Below are positions 14,501-28,104 of a stretch of 64,000 bases of DNA, piece after piece (within the stretch, counting starts at the first letter, position 1; the number at the start of each line of letters is the position of its first letter). This DNA comes from Mytilus trossulus. Its lineage: Eukaryota. The stretch spans positions 10,292,001 through 10,356,000 of the forward strand of contig NC_086375.1 of NCBI RefSeq assembly GCF_036588685.1. Reading direction: 5' to 3'. Both the position numbers and the translations under genes were made by a program. The notes beneath the pieces were generated by a model. The model had not been told where the DNA came from, searched no databases, and was given only the letters and a program-made list of their open reading frames with translations.

Positions 14501-17500
14501 CATATTCCCTAAGCAACGCCATAAATAACAGACATTTGGTGTTAAAAATTGTAGCATATTAAAACTACCATGTTAATTAATGTTAATAAGCAGGAACCGT
14601 GTCTCTGAAAATTTTGCAAATTATTATAGCAACACTTGAGACCTAAGTTAGCAACATTCCATATGCAAACCCATAAATAATCAAGACTATATATATAGTG
14701 TTAAAATTGTAGCATATTAAAACTGTCATGTTTATTTATTTTAACCAGGAGGGACCGTGCCTCTTAAAATTCTTTCAATGTTATGATGATTGTAGGACGC
14801 AATAAACATGAATAAAGCTATGCAGAGTCGAGGCTTTTATTTGACCATGCCTCTGAAAATTCTTTCACTGCTACTAGTATATAATTGTATCGACAACAAT
14901 GGGACGCAATAAAGCTATGCAGAATATCGAGGCTTGATATATCAGGCTTTTGTATGACTTGGTAAAAACACAGACCGAGTTCTGTATTTGGATTAATTCC
15001 GAATTTGGAAGTAGGTGTTGACAGATTTATCAAATCTATATGACTGACTGTCGGTTAGGTAGCCGACCTTCTGTCCCTAGATATAACATGGAAAATCGAT
15101 CTTTTGTGCTCGTGCCTACCAACTGTACAAACATCATAGAAAATTAATCCGTATTAATGGACACCCGACTATTATGTCATTTCGGGTTATCTGTGTTCTA
15201 TTTGTACAATCTTACAACAGTGACAATACCATATCTTTTGTAATTATTGTTCCAAAATATTAAAGAATGCGACAATGATACGTGTAAATGATAAATTTAA
15301 AGTACAAAAACACAGGGTTCCTACTATGTAAATACTCTTAAAGATTTAATCTCGAACATTAATTTATAGGGGGCTGTGTGATAAATTCATAAAAATAAAT
15401 ACCTAAAGTATTGTTTATTTACATTTAGGCAACAACGATATTTTTCTAGCTGTTGTTTAAAAAAGGGGGCGGGATTTTTGTGGATACAAATAGCATGCAT
15501 GGGATAAGATTTAAAATGTGTGTCCCCTTCGTTTAGGGAATATCTGGTATGAGGAGTAGCGTTGAAAACACCAACAATAGTGATTTCATAGATCAGAGTT
15601 TATAAAAAAAGTCGGATAGTAGAGTGTCATGTCAAGAGAACTACAAGAAATGAAATTACAGAGATCTTCTTCGAAACTAAAAAAAAAGAGCTAGAAGTGC
15701 ATTGTTCCATAATTGGGAACCACATTTTTGTGGCCTTTTATGACCTTTTTGAAAATTTTAAATTCGAGGACTTGGAATGGTGGGATCTTGTCAAACGAGC
15801 AAGACATCCGTCTTTTTTTAACCGGTTCTTAGTATAAGATTTTTGTGACTCTGTTTTTATATTAATTTGGCCTTATTTATATAAAGCGCAGTGACCAAAA
15901 ACAGTTTGTGTGACCCTCTTGTGGAATGATCACCTGGTCTGTCATCACTTTTATTATTCTAAAAATGTATATATTAAAAATCCAAACTGCGAGTTGTCAA
16001 GTGAGAAACACTTGATAGTTGGTATTCGGAAAAATCGTCGCTGAATCAGGTCACATGCAAGAGCTAGGGAGATGGCCGTTAGTTCAAGTTGTTACCGATA
16101 GCCCCATTCAAATGCACTATTTTAAAGTAGATGCATATGTAGCTCATAAAGTTGCTCCATGTACAATTTTGTTTAGGACCATAATTAACCAATACTGATG
16201 TTTGTCTTAAATAACATAAAAGCCAGACATTATCATATATAGGTGACGATATAACAGTTAGTCCAGGTATTCCCTGGTGTATTCCGTATTACAAAACCTA
16301 ATAATTAACAAGCTTTAAACATAAATAAGTAATCAGACATGCTTTACAGAACTGATATTGACAAGGGGATATATATCAAAAGTACGAATAGTTCTTAAAT
16401 CTGATAGAGATGATGGAATATGACCCGATCCACAGGGCTAGTTCCGTTACCTACCAAACGACTGGTACATTCAGGTAGGGTTTTATTTCTTACCAAACGA
16501 CTGGAACATACAGGTAGGGTTTTATTTCTTAGAGAAAGATTAGTGCAGTTCACGTAGTGTTTTTATTCGCAACTGACCGTGATAAAAAGGGAAGTGGTTA
16601 TCTTTCTCAAAACATGTTTATTCCCCTCAACATATGTGTATATAAATGTTTTGTTAGTCTTCCTCCTTGTAATGACATATATTATTTCATTGATGATTTT
16701 GTGTAAGAAGTTTGTTTCTCTATGTTGATTTTATCAGTCCGTGGAATATATTCCCAACCTGTCAAGACCGGACGTCGGGGTTATTTTGAGCCTTCTTACG
16801 ACGGGTTGCTATATAGTTCATAGTTGACGTTGTAAGTCAAGTTATGTTGGGAGACTTCTATTACATTTTTTTTTTAAATTTGGAGTTAGCTAGGTCTGCT
16901 AGGATAATTCTCCTACAAGATAAAGAGGTCGGGAATTGGCTGAACTCTGGTACTCAACTTCATCTGGTAGATGCACTTATCAAAGCAACTGCATTAAAAA
17001 AACACCAACAGGATATAAAACGCAAAGCATCAAATGTAGATTGATAAATTTTAAAATATTTGTTTACAGATATCCATCTGATGTATATGAAGAAGACCCG
17101 TATGGAGACGTCAACTGTCCGTCACCCCCTCCAAACCCTACAGGCAGATATGGTGCTTATACACCCGGTCGTGTTACCCCGGGGAGACCGGGATCAAGGA
17201 TTAACAACGCAACACAGGTAATACAATTATTTTATGATTGAATTAATGTTTAAAAAGTTACTGAATGTTTGATTTTAAAAAAGTTGTCCGGATTTCTCGA
17301 TCTTGAGACTGTACATCGTCGGGTTGTTGTCTCTTTGACACATTCCCCATTTTCATTCTAAATTTTATAGTTCGTGTAGTATACATATCTATATGTATTT
17401 ACTGTTTTGGTTAAAGTTGGAATTTCTATGTTATAACATTAGCTGATGCCCATTTTGACAATCAATATCTTTAGTAATGCTCGAGACCAAAATTTAAAAA

Positions 17501-20500
17501 AATTGGAAATTTTATTTAAAAGACGAAGAGCTATATATGTTTGTATGTTTTCTATGAGAAAATGTCTTGTTTCAGGATTATCAAGATCAGGTATGTGATT
17601 TGTGAATTTTGGTATAAAAGTGGTTTAATGTGTGGACTTTAATTTGCAGCTAAAAACATAAGTCAATTATACTAATTTTCCATTTCGAAAGAGCCCACAC
17701 CACAGTACAGATATTCATACATAACTTTATTTGCAATACAAACAAAAATCAATTTTGGTCATGGCAAATACATAGACAAAACAAACATAATGAAAACTCG
17801 ATAATAATAGAATACATGTTAAAAATAGTTATTGCCGTCTCCTTTCCTCAGTTCTAATGACTCTTTCATAAAAGAAGCAACTGCTATTTTTGCAATCTAT
17901 ATTAGACAAAAGTATATATAGAACTGTGAATTTATGGTATTGTTTCAATTTCTACTCACTCTGTTCTTTTGAAAACGTTTTCTCTTAAAATCGTATCCGA
18001 TCAGTCATCTTAGGTGTTGGGGTTGTGGTTTCACTAACTTAGCACCTGAATTGGAAATACAATTAATACCTTTTTCAGCCAAAACATAGATTCAAATCTA
18101 TTACAGTAAACACTGGCATAATATGCAGTGAAATATGTATAAGTCTCAAGCTATTTAGATTAGTACACTTACTTACTACTCAGCTACAGCCAAAACTGGA
18201 TCTAAAGCTAGATTTTGATTTGTATACGTCTGTTGTTTGACAGTTTTCAGATGGATAAAATAAAAAAAATCTTGATTCATTAAAACACCATTTCGTTTAT
18301 TTAGAATCTACAATTTGAGCGTTGTCTTAGAGAACGATTTAAAAATGTCTTTGTAGCTTTATGCCAAAGACTAAAACTATGGCTCTATAACGCATTATCA
18401 CAACTTTATTGTAGATATCTTTCAAACCAATCCAAGCCTTTTCACCATTTCTTCAAGTTTAAATTCATATCTTAGTTTATTTTGTGTTGTTTGGTTGCTG
18501 TCTTGTCACCTCTAATTGGTATTACTCATTAAACATTCATAACGATCTATAACACGTATATATGCATGAATTTTTAACATCAACACGTCTATATGACTGA
18601 TCACAAACTATCGTACAAGATTTTTGTTTTAGCAGCTAGTACAGGGTCATTTGCCGTTTAACATTTTTTTGGTGTTATTTCATAAAAGCAAGGACATGTA
18701 ACTGTATATGTGAACTACCTATGTGAACGACTTTTAAATGGTATTTACAAAATAGTTCTAGTGTAATGTCCACCTCATACACTTGGTGATGGTTAGTTTT
18801 TATTAATGGACAAAATCTAAAAAAGAACACCTCGAGAAACAAAATGAAATTCGCAATTGTTTTAACATTGTCGAAACCTCATGGTCAATGCTCAATCCGA
18901 TGTATATTGAATATCCTGTTAGACTAGACGAGTATGAGTTATTATTTAAAAAAAGGTTGTTCGTTTTCTGATAGTTTGTATTGCTTCACCTTTTGTTATC
19001 TCGAGGCTTTGTACTAGTTGTATATGTTTCTAAACGATATTGGGTTTGTTCATAGTTCTTTGTACTCTGTTGAATAGTTGTCTCATTGTCAAACATAACA
19101 TACAACCTTACTCGTTTGCAAAGCAAAGGCTATTTTCTTTTATGCCATATGGTGTTAATGATTGCTCGCCGTTGTTATAAAGTGTGTTTTATGGTGACCA
19201 CAAATACATTTTTCGGTAAACTGGTTCCCCTTGGTCGCTGTGTCATTCATGCACTGCCACCAAATTCTGCTTTAATTTACTCGCGTACATATAAACTTTG
19301 AATATTTATATTACAGACAGAATCCAGATTAGGATATAATAACGACTTCCGGTATTCGTCCCCACCCCCAATGAGACTACAGAGAGAGATGACCATGCCT
19401 GCCAGGACAGAGGAACCACTAGATCCAATCACAAGACAGTATTACAATCGGCTGTTTCACAGATCTCAAAGTCCAGACATGTAATGACACTATTGTTTTT
19501 CATTGCTATAAATGATTCTGGTATTAGAGATTTCTCGATAAGAGACATACCATATTGTTTTCTATACATAAATGGATTATTTATAAGTAAGTTAAAAAAA
19601 ACTTTAATCTCATCGAAGATACTAGGCTTGTTATTTTGTACACCAGACGCGCTTTTTGTTGGCAAAACGCTCCTTATTGACGCATAAAAATAAGTTGTTG
19701 CCTACCCTTTTTTCAACCGTGTATTTTGACGAATATGTGTGACATCCAACATAAACAAAAAGTTATCTTATATTGCCGTTATCTTTTATACTGTGGAAGA
19801 ACATGTTTACGGACTAATTTATTTTGTTTATAGCGCTTGTCAAGCAAGATAGTTGAACTAAAACTGGGCATGTATAGATCAAAAGTCACAATTTTTCGTA
19901 ACGCAAATAGTACTTGATAAAAATATATGTGTATTGGTCTATAATAGAAAATGCTTAATTATTGAAAATTGTACCTCCTTTTTAGGAATCTTAACCGAAT
20001 GGGACGAGCTGGTGGCAGATGGCGTCATATAACTTCTTGTTTTGCAAACACAGGATCTCATATGTCTTTTGTAGAAGGTACGCACATTTTTAAATCCAAA
20101 CACAGTACATCATTTACCCTATTAATCATTAAAAAAATGGTAGCAATATTGCCAGTTTTCAAACAAAGTATATATGTTTTTTTTAATGAAACCGTTGTTT
20201 ACCGTTAAAGTAAGGCAAATGTACCCTTTTTGGGCTACTCTATAATAAATATCATCACACCGTATGTTTTATTTCAAAGATTCAAAACTTTCGATAGACA
20301 AGTCTTTTAACTTTGAATTTTACACTACCACTATAATTACTAATATTTTATAAACATTATTTTCCAGGTACAGTTAAACAGGTAGACAACAATTTTATGT
20401 TACCAAAGAGACAACCAGCTCAAAAAATAAGTTTTTCAAATAGCATGGCTAATCCAAGGACAATGTACAGAGCGCCATCCGCCACGAAACGGAAACCAAA

Positions 20501-23500
20501 ATACAATTCTACTTACTATGATCATGCCAAAAATGGATTTAAATATTGGTATCAAGAGCAAAATAAGCCAATGGATCGTAAGTCTTTTTAACAAACAAGT
20601 TTTGTTTCAAATCTCATGAAAATAATCTAAAATTTACCAGCTAGTGAGAAATTTGTTTGAGAAATTGTTCTCGCCTTTGTGCGTTAAGCCCGAAGTTAGA
20701 ATGGTAGGGCTGGTCGAACGGATTTTTACTCATTTTTCATTGGTAATTAATGTTTTTATAAGTTTTTGCTTAAAAGTTACGTTTAAAAAACCCAATGAAA
20801 AGCCGTTATCGGATTGTATTTATCGTATAGTGTTGGCTACTTGTTCTCAAGTTCAGCCTGATTGAACGACTGGTTGTGCTCAAGGTCAGATAGTGCGGCT
20901 TCTTGTTCTCAAGGTCACATTGAACAGCTTCTTGTTCTCAAGGATACATTGAACCGCTTTTTTTTGTTCTCCCGTTCAGATTGTGTGGCATCATGGGTTG
21001 TTCTCAATGTCATATTGAACAGGAACTTGTTCACAATGTCAGATTGAACGGCTCCTTGTTATCAAGGTCAGATTGATCAGCAACTTGTTATAAGGGTCAG
21101 ATTGAACGGCAACTTGTTCACAAGGTCAGATTGAACGGCTACTTGCTCTCAATGTCCAATTGACCTCACTTGTTCTCGAAGTCAAATTTAACGAAATTTT
21201 GTATATAGCTAGTTTGCGAAGGCGAGAATATGTTCTCTTCCTTTAATTCCAATATTTTGAATGAGAGAGCTATGTACTCAGACAATCAAAGGACGGTATT
21301 TTGTTTTATTTTCTCCCATGCTTTTTCTGACTTGATGGTAGAATTTGAATAAATTTGAATACACGCAAAACCTTTAAATATAATTCAAACTTCGATGAAC
21401 CCATTATAGTAGTTGCTGTGAGTTTATTATGTATTTGTGTGCATTTTTCTTTGCACCTTTTATTAGATCAAATGGTATATTACTCTTTCATTAATTAAGA
21501 ACGGTAACAAACCAAATATTTATTTATTATTTTATCATTTTAAAACAGGTCGCACTAGAGCCCCATTATTATACTCCTGTTAACCAGTCAGGTACATCCC
21601 ACTTTGTAGATAATTGAATATTGTTCACCGTATTTGTGGAACGTTATCACGGGAAAGGACTGTAGATTAGAACTACCTTAATATTACTCACATTATTTTG
21701 TGGGACGTTATCACGGGAAAGGACTGTAGATTAGAACTGGGAGAGGTGTTGGTCTCACAGCATGCATTCAATTTATTTGCACTTTCCTATTTTTTTTAAT
21801 ACTGTGTGCCAAATACAACCAAGGAAGAGATTTTCGTTTGATTTCTCAAAAAATATATGAATAATATTTATTTGGATGAGAATAAAGCTAAGGAATAAAG
21901 CTTTAAATTCATAAGACTTTCTCTTACAAATACAACCACAATTCAAATTCCTGGATTGCAAAGATGTGACTCCTTAAATTTAAAAAAAAAAACAATTATC
22001 ATTATTAGTCAATTGGTTCTGAAATTACTTTCTTTGAGTACTACTTGACACACAGTACAATTTTTATCAGATTTTTTTTTATGTCCTCAAATGTCACCGT
22101 TTATTTAGTAGCATTTTAGTATGTATTTTTAATTGTACAAACTAGGCCACTGTAGACGGGTTTAGACATGATTGATGTACGGCAAAACCAATAGTGTGTA
22201 GAAATGTTTCTTGAAAAACATAATCTATATCTAATACATATTAAATGTCTCCCTCTGCAATCAGAAATAAAATAATAATATCTGAAAGTAAGATCTAGAT
22301 TGTATTGAATTAAATAATTTAAAATTGGAAAATCTTGAAATTTTAGCGGAATGGGACGAAACCTTACTAGATAGTTTAGTTAATGATAGATACATAACGG
22401 TAGTATTTAGTTAGAGAGGCAATGTTGATTGGTTGTATTTATGGTATAATTCATTTGATTGGCTATTAACAGTTGGATTAAGGAAATCTATTGGAGCCAA
22501 AGGTACCTGGCTGGGAGTGGCTGGAACACTCCCTAATCCTCTTTCTGGATTGAACTGATTTTGGTAAAGGGAATGTTTGATGTGTTTTATCAACTAACAT
22601 ATAAACAAGTAGATTTTAATATCCGAGAATTATATGTGTATATCAGTATATACAGGAATGTTTTGCTAGCTAACAATGAAATGAATTGCGTAAGGACGAA
22701 TTTATTTGTAAGAAACCTGACTGCATGGTGTGTTCTATTATTTATTGCATGTATAATATCATCTTTATGTCATATGTCAAGGAAATAACAGATTTTCACA
22801 TGCATTGAAACTGCAGTTTTTTTTTTAACTTGCTATGCATGTATACTTTATCATAATGAAATTTCCTGAACAGGTGATTTTGAAAGGTTGTATATATAAC
22901 AGTCCTCTTCAGGCGACTAATCGTTTTCGATTTCGATTTCATTTTATATTTTTAATGGATTTAAATAAAAAAGATATAAAAATTATTTTTTTCACTGAAT
23001 ATGTTATGTTTTGTTAGCTTGCAGATTGTCAAGTGCAAGAAGAATAAGACATACTTTTGTTAAATTTCACTCCAAAAGTCGCAAAGTTCATTATAACTCC
23101 CAATTTTGTGGGGAAAACATGACGAAAATAAAAAAAAATAATTGACAAACCTTTGATACATTTACAAAAACGGTCCAAATAAAAAAAAATGTTCAAGCTT
23201 TAAAATGTCATAGGTTATATCATAAGTTTAATCGGGCATATAGTACTGTAATCCATATATTTGTGGAAGAAATTTGAGTAAGAAAAATCCAGACAAAACA
23301 CAAACTTTACACATATGTTTAAAATAATTTACCCCAAAAAAGCTTAAAAACAACATGATGAGTTGGGTCAATCTATGTATATGTGTCGTACATATGGCCG
23401 GTAGTGGTATATACAAATGGACGTTATACATTAAACTTGTATAATTATTTTTTACATACCTATATATTATTTATATAAGTCTCGATGGAGCAATCTTTGA

Positions 23501-23990
23501 TTTTTTTTACAGTTTCACATGAGAAAAGGAGATTTCAACATTATGTATTGTCGATTTTTTTGCGATTTACCCCTTAGTAATGCAATATATATTGTCCAAA
23601 GTACGGAATCATTAGTCTACAATATTATTTCTATTTTTACATCTTGGAAAAAGCAGTATTGATCATTATTGAATTTTAAAGAACCATCAAGAGTTAAAAA
23701 CAATATACGTTGGAAACATTTTCCACAATATTATACTAGTATATATTTAAGCTGTTGGTTGTACATCTATTGAGATTTAGGTTAAACATGAATGCATAAA
23801 TAGACTTGCTTTTATTATTTTTCTTTATTGTTTTTTTCAGTTAAACTGTTGCCTTTGTTGATAATAAGATTTTTAAAAAGTACATGTATCAAACTGCTTA
23901 TGATCTATTTTCACAAATTTATCATTCCAATATTTTTCAGTGGCACCCAGTCTTTGGATAACAGGACGAGCCAGTGAAGAAATTTATTAA
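11512..23990 (+). CDS. Uncharacterised multi-exon protein, about 261 aa, Tyr/Pro/Arg-rich, no recognised domain
   Basis: Phase-consistent GT-AG exon chain: 11512-11567, 17070-17217, 17576-17590, 19317-19480, 19986-20077, 20368-20577, 21467-21474, 21549-21591, 23941-23990 (786 nt). Protein: MAGQIRRPYTSYEMRGYDIYPSDVYEEDPYGDVNCPSPPPNPTGRYG...DHQMVALEPHYYTPVNQSVAPSLWITGRASEEIY*. AATAAA at about 24232. The last three exons are the least certain. Confidence 0.72.
16410..16474 (+). CDS. Putative alternative first coding exon of the uncharacterised gene (MMEYDPIHRASSVTYQTTGTFR)
   Basis: ATG-open frame ending in a phase-2 donor AG|GTAGGG, compatible with the acceptor at 17070. Confidence 0.5.
20834..21190. 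repeat. Degenerate 29-bp intronic minisatellite (GTTCTCAAGGTCAGATTGAACGGCTACTT), about 12 copies
   Basis: Recurring CTTGTTCTCAAGGTCAGATTGAAC core. Confidence 0.8.
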
Positions 23991-24287
23991 ACTACGTCAA
24001 TAATTTATTTAGAAAAAAAAACAACAACAAGGCAATGCAAATTATTGTAAAATTGTCATATTTGCTCACCAGAACGATCTGACCAGGACCAATTTTAAAG
24101 AACTTTTTGTATAAAGCTATGTTATTTATTAAATTATATAGAAGACCCTAGTCAATCTTAATATTCTGTGATATTGCTCATCCCTGTGACATTTGCTTGA
24201 TCAGATTCTAAGTTATTTATACACACTGGTAAATAAAATATTTAAATACTAAATTGTTTGTTCATTATTGGTATCGTTGCCTTCTAT

Positions 24288-25400
24288 AACTAGAGTGCAC
24301 ACGCTGAAATGTCTTGCCTTCTATATCAATCATTGATATTATGATGATAGTCCTAAATATAAAGCTTTTCTACAACTATCACATAAACCTATTATGATCC
24401 AAGAAAATGAGGTCAAGGTCATATCAACCGAAAAAGAAATACATGTACACCTTATAATCATTCAATACACTAAATATAGTTGACCTATTGCTTATAGTTT
24501 CTAAGAAACAGACTAAACCAAAAATAACTAAACATTAACCAATGAACCAGTCAACTGAGGCCAGATTAACCATGTCAGGAAGATATGTACCGCTTGCAAT
24601 CCTTCCATACAACAAGTATAGTTGACCCATTGCTTATGGTTTAATAAAAAACAGACCAAAACACAAAAGCTAAACACTGAAAAATGACAGAACAGTGAAA
24701 ATGAAGTCAAAATCAACTAAATCCTGCGAGACTGACCTGTACATCATAAAATATTTCCATACACCAAATATAGTTGACCTATTGCATATAGTATTAGAAA
24801 AAAAGACCAAGACTACAAAACTTTACTTTGACCTCTGAAGTTCTAAACCATGAAAATGAGGTTGAGGTCAGATGACACCACCATCTAGACATGTACACCT
24901 TTTAATCATTCCATACATCATATATAGTAGACCTATTACATACAGAATAAGAAAAACAGACCAAAAACACAAAAACTTTACATTAACCACTGAATCATGA
25001 ACATGAGGACAGTTGGACATGCACATCTTAGTACTTCCATACACCGAATATACTAGACCTATATTGCTTATAGTATGAGATATGGTCTTGACCATCCAAA
25101 CCTAAACCTAGTTCACTGATCCATGAAACAAGGTCGAGGTCAAGTGGAAACTGTCTGACGGACATGAGGACCTTGCAAAGTATTCACATACCAAATATAG
25201 TTGTCCTTTTTCTCAAAATAAGAGAGAAATTAACATTACAAAAAATCTTAACTTTTTCAAGTAGTCACTGAACCATGAAAATGAGGTCAAGGACGATAGA
25301 CATGTGATAGATTGAAACTTCGTAAATAAGGGATTTATATACAAAATATGAAGCATCCAGGTTTTCCATCTTCTAGAATAAAAAGCTTAAGAAGTTAGCT
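24288..25400 (-). mobile_element. Degenerate HINE-like element with internal tandem repeats (GAAAATGAGGTCAAGGTCA core)
   Basis: AACTAGAG terminus and repeated blocks of about 150-170 bp containing GAAAATGAGGTCAAGGTC and TATAGTTGACCTATTGC. Boundaries approximate. Confidence 0.55.
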
Positions 25401-26177
25401 TCAAAAGTAGATGGGTATTTAAATATACAATATATAATATATATGACCATAACCCCCAAAATCAATCACAACCTTCCTTGTTTTTTATATAAATCTTGTG
25501 TTTGAATTTCATAAATTATTATTTCATTGTATTTACTTATACTAAAGATATTGTCTAGAAACCAAATGTCTGCGACAGTGTGATACCAATATACGACCAC
25601 AAAATATTTGTAGTCATATAAATATATAATATGCAATATAGTTGCTCTAGCGCAAAGGCAGTGTATTGTATTTAGCTTTTCTGCATACCTTTAAACATTC
25701 TTTCATGTAATCTAGTGCATCTCAATTCTCAAATATTGAATCGAATACACAACTCTGTTCAAGTGACTAGATAAGTCAGAATCACACAAATAGCCGTCTC
25801 AAAAAGCTGTAAATCTGCAATTTCAAAAACATGTGGACTCAAAAATGCATGGATAGTAGTATCCAACTCTCAAGACCAATACCATTTGATGAAAAATTTC
25901 CCTTATCAAGGAAGAGTCATCAGCATTGTTGAAAGAAACACAAACTTGACCTGCAACTCATCATGGTAGCCTCGGATATAAAAAAATCAGGGCAAACCTG
26001 AAGCTTATAAAAAGTCTTTTTACTGTGTTTTTCAAGAATTATTTTAATAAATATCGAAACCAGTAATTTCTTCAATAATCAGCAGACCAGAAAGAAACTT
26101 GAACTAGATATGTAACACATCATGGTCAACTCAGTCACATATCAAAAATCAGCCCAATGTCTGAAAGCATTTACAAA

Positions 26178-27062
26178 ACCAGGTGCTCCACAGAGCGCAG
26201 CTCTATACGACCACAGAAGTCGAACCCTGAACAGTTGGAACCAGTATCATATGGACACAACATTCAAGTTTGATACAGCTCTGAATTTGGATTGTGATCA
26301 AATTTGACATAATACCAGTTTCTGACACAAAACAAAATGTCAAGATCTTACAAATTTATTGTGCAATATTGTGCAATTAAAGATTTCTTCTTTTAACTTT
26401 TCATTTGAGATATAGAAATTGAAAACAACTATCCCCACCTTTTTTTGGCAATTAGTCCAAAATCTGACATTTCTTTATACATAATATACAAGAAGTATTA
26501 GGGAGGTAAATCCAAACATACCCAACATATATAGTTAAATGTTTTAAAATTACCTCCCATTACACTGCTTTTAAATTGTTGCAATTGTCCATTGACCAGA
26601 AATACCTAGTTTTCCCCCTTTTTTTACCCCTAAATCTGAATCATTTAGAGCCATTACCTCTAAAGGTCAATACTTACCACCCCTTCCTGGTATGGACACT
26701 TGTGGTTTAATTTCAGAGGGATTTATACACTTAGACACAAGTTGTTGTCTGTTACAAGAAAAATACTTCTTTTTGGCCCCTTTTAGTCCTTGATTCCTAC
26801 ACTGTTTGCCCAATAACCCCTTATAATAAATCCCAACCTTATACTTATTAAACATTGCGGTAAAATTTTAGATCAATTGAAATACCAATACACAACTTTT
26901 TGTCCTGTAAATAGATAAATGCTGTTTTTGGCCCCCTTATTCCTAAACTTTTGGGACCATAACCCCCAAAACCAATCCCAAGCTTCCTTTTGTGGTTATA
27001 TGCATTGTGTTAAATTTTTTTATTGATTTCTTTTTACTTATTCAAAAGTTATTATCTCGAAA
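26178..27062 (-). mobile_element. Degenerate relative of HINE family B
   Basis: The terminus AACCAGGTGCTCC..GCGCAGCTCTATACGACC..GAACCCTGAACAGTTGG matches 41883 onward. Internal CCCCAAAATCAAT...CCTTCCTTTTGTGG repeats are shared. Confidence 0.7.
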
Positions 27063-28104
27063 AATATCTAAATTACTATTTTTTTTAGAAGGCATAATTT
27101 CAGAATGGCCTTTTAGAATATAATCCATAATTTAATTTTCAAAGCATAATGTCAATTTTTTTATATCCCTAGTTGGCTTGTACATTTTTGTAAGTTTACA
27201 AATACAAAGAAGCCCAATTCATTCAAAATGCTTCATTATCATGATGTCTTGCAGTATACTTGCAAGATGGGTTATTTAAGTCAATGATGAATATTCTTCT
27301 ACAGTAGTCCTTTGTTAATCAATGTACATGATGTCTTATTGTAATTTTGCTTAGTTTCTTTTGTTACCTATTCTGACATCGAACTAGGTCTTTTTTTACA
27401 TGGTGTTTTTACTATGCATAGTGCTGTTTGTTTCTCATACATTGGCTAGTGATATAGGGGGAGGGGGAGATCTCACAAAATATGTTTAACCCTGCCCCAA
27501 GCCAGGAGCCTCTGGTCTTTGTTAGTCTTGTAGTTTATTATGACATCCATTAGCACTGAACAAGTACACATTTTGTTAAGGAGCCAGCTGAAGCCAGACA
27601 CTGGGTGTGGGTTTTTCTGGCTGTGTTGAAGACCCATCTACTCTTTGATCAGGTTGTCCCTTTGTGTGTCATATTCCCAACTTCAATGTACTATAAATGT
27701 AAATAAATAACTTTCTCATGACAACATGTTTATTGGTATAAAATGAACATTTGCTAATGTACATATAAAATAATGACCATGAATGAATGAAGATGACTGA
27801 ATGTAAAAATTCTTTCTTTTAGACATTTTGTTGGTGTCAGAGTATCTAAATCATGATTGAACAAGTCATTTCTATTCAGATCTGATGCAACAAACCAAAA
27901 CTATTCTGAACAAAGATGTTGTTTTGTTAAAAGATATTTAAGTCTTTTTAATTAAGACTCCACGATTTGAATTTGAAATTACCAGCCTATCGAGAGAGAA
28001 CAAGTCTGACAGATAACATAGTAAATACACAATACTGCATCTTTGCAATCCTGTTTTTACAATACAAAATATTCTGATTTCACATAGAACACCACTATAT
28101 TTTT

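Noticed and set aside
13997-14940. Several degenerate local duplications (about 186 bp and shorter)
   Set aside because: These are ordinary intronic tandem duplications with no visible link to splice sites or coding potential.
16738-16831. Exon-like segment (TATCAG...GTT|GTAAGT)
   Set aside because: There is a stop codon in the phase-compatible frame. It could be a poison or UTR exon, but this is unsupported.
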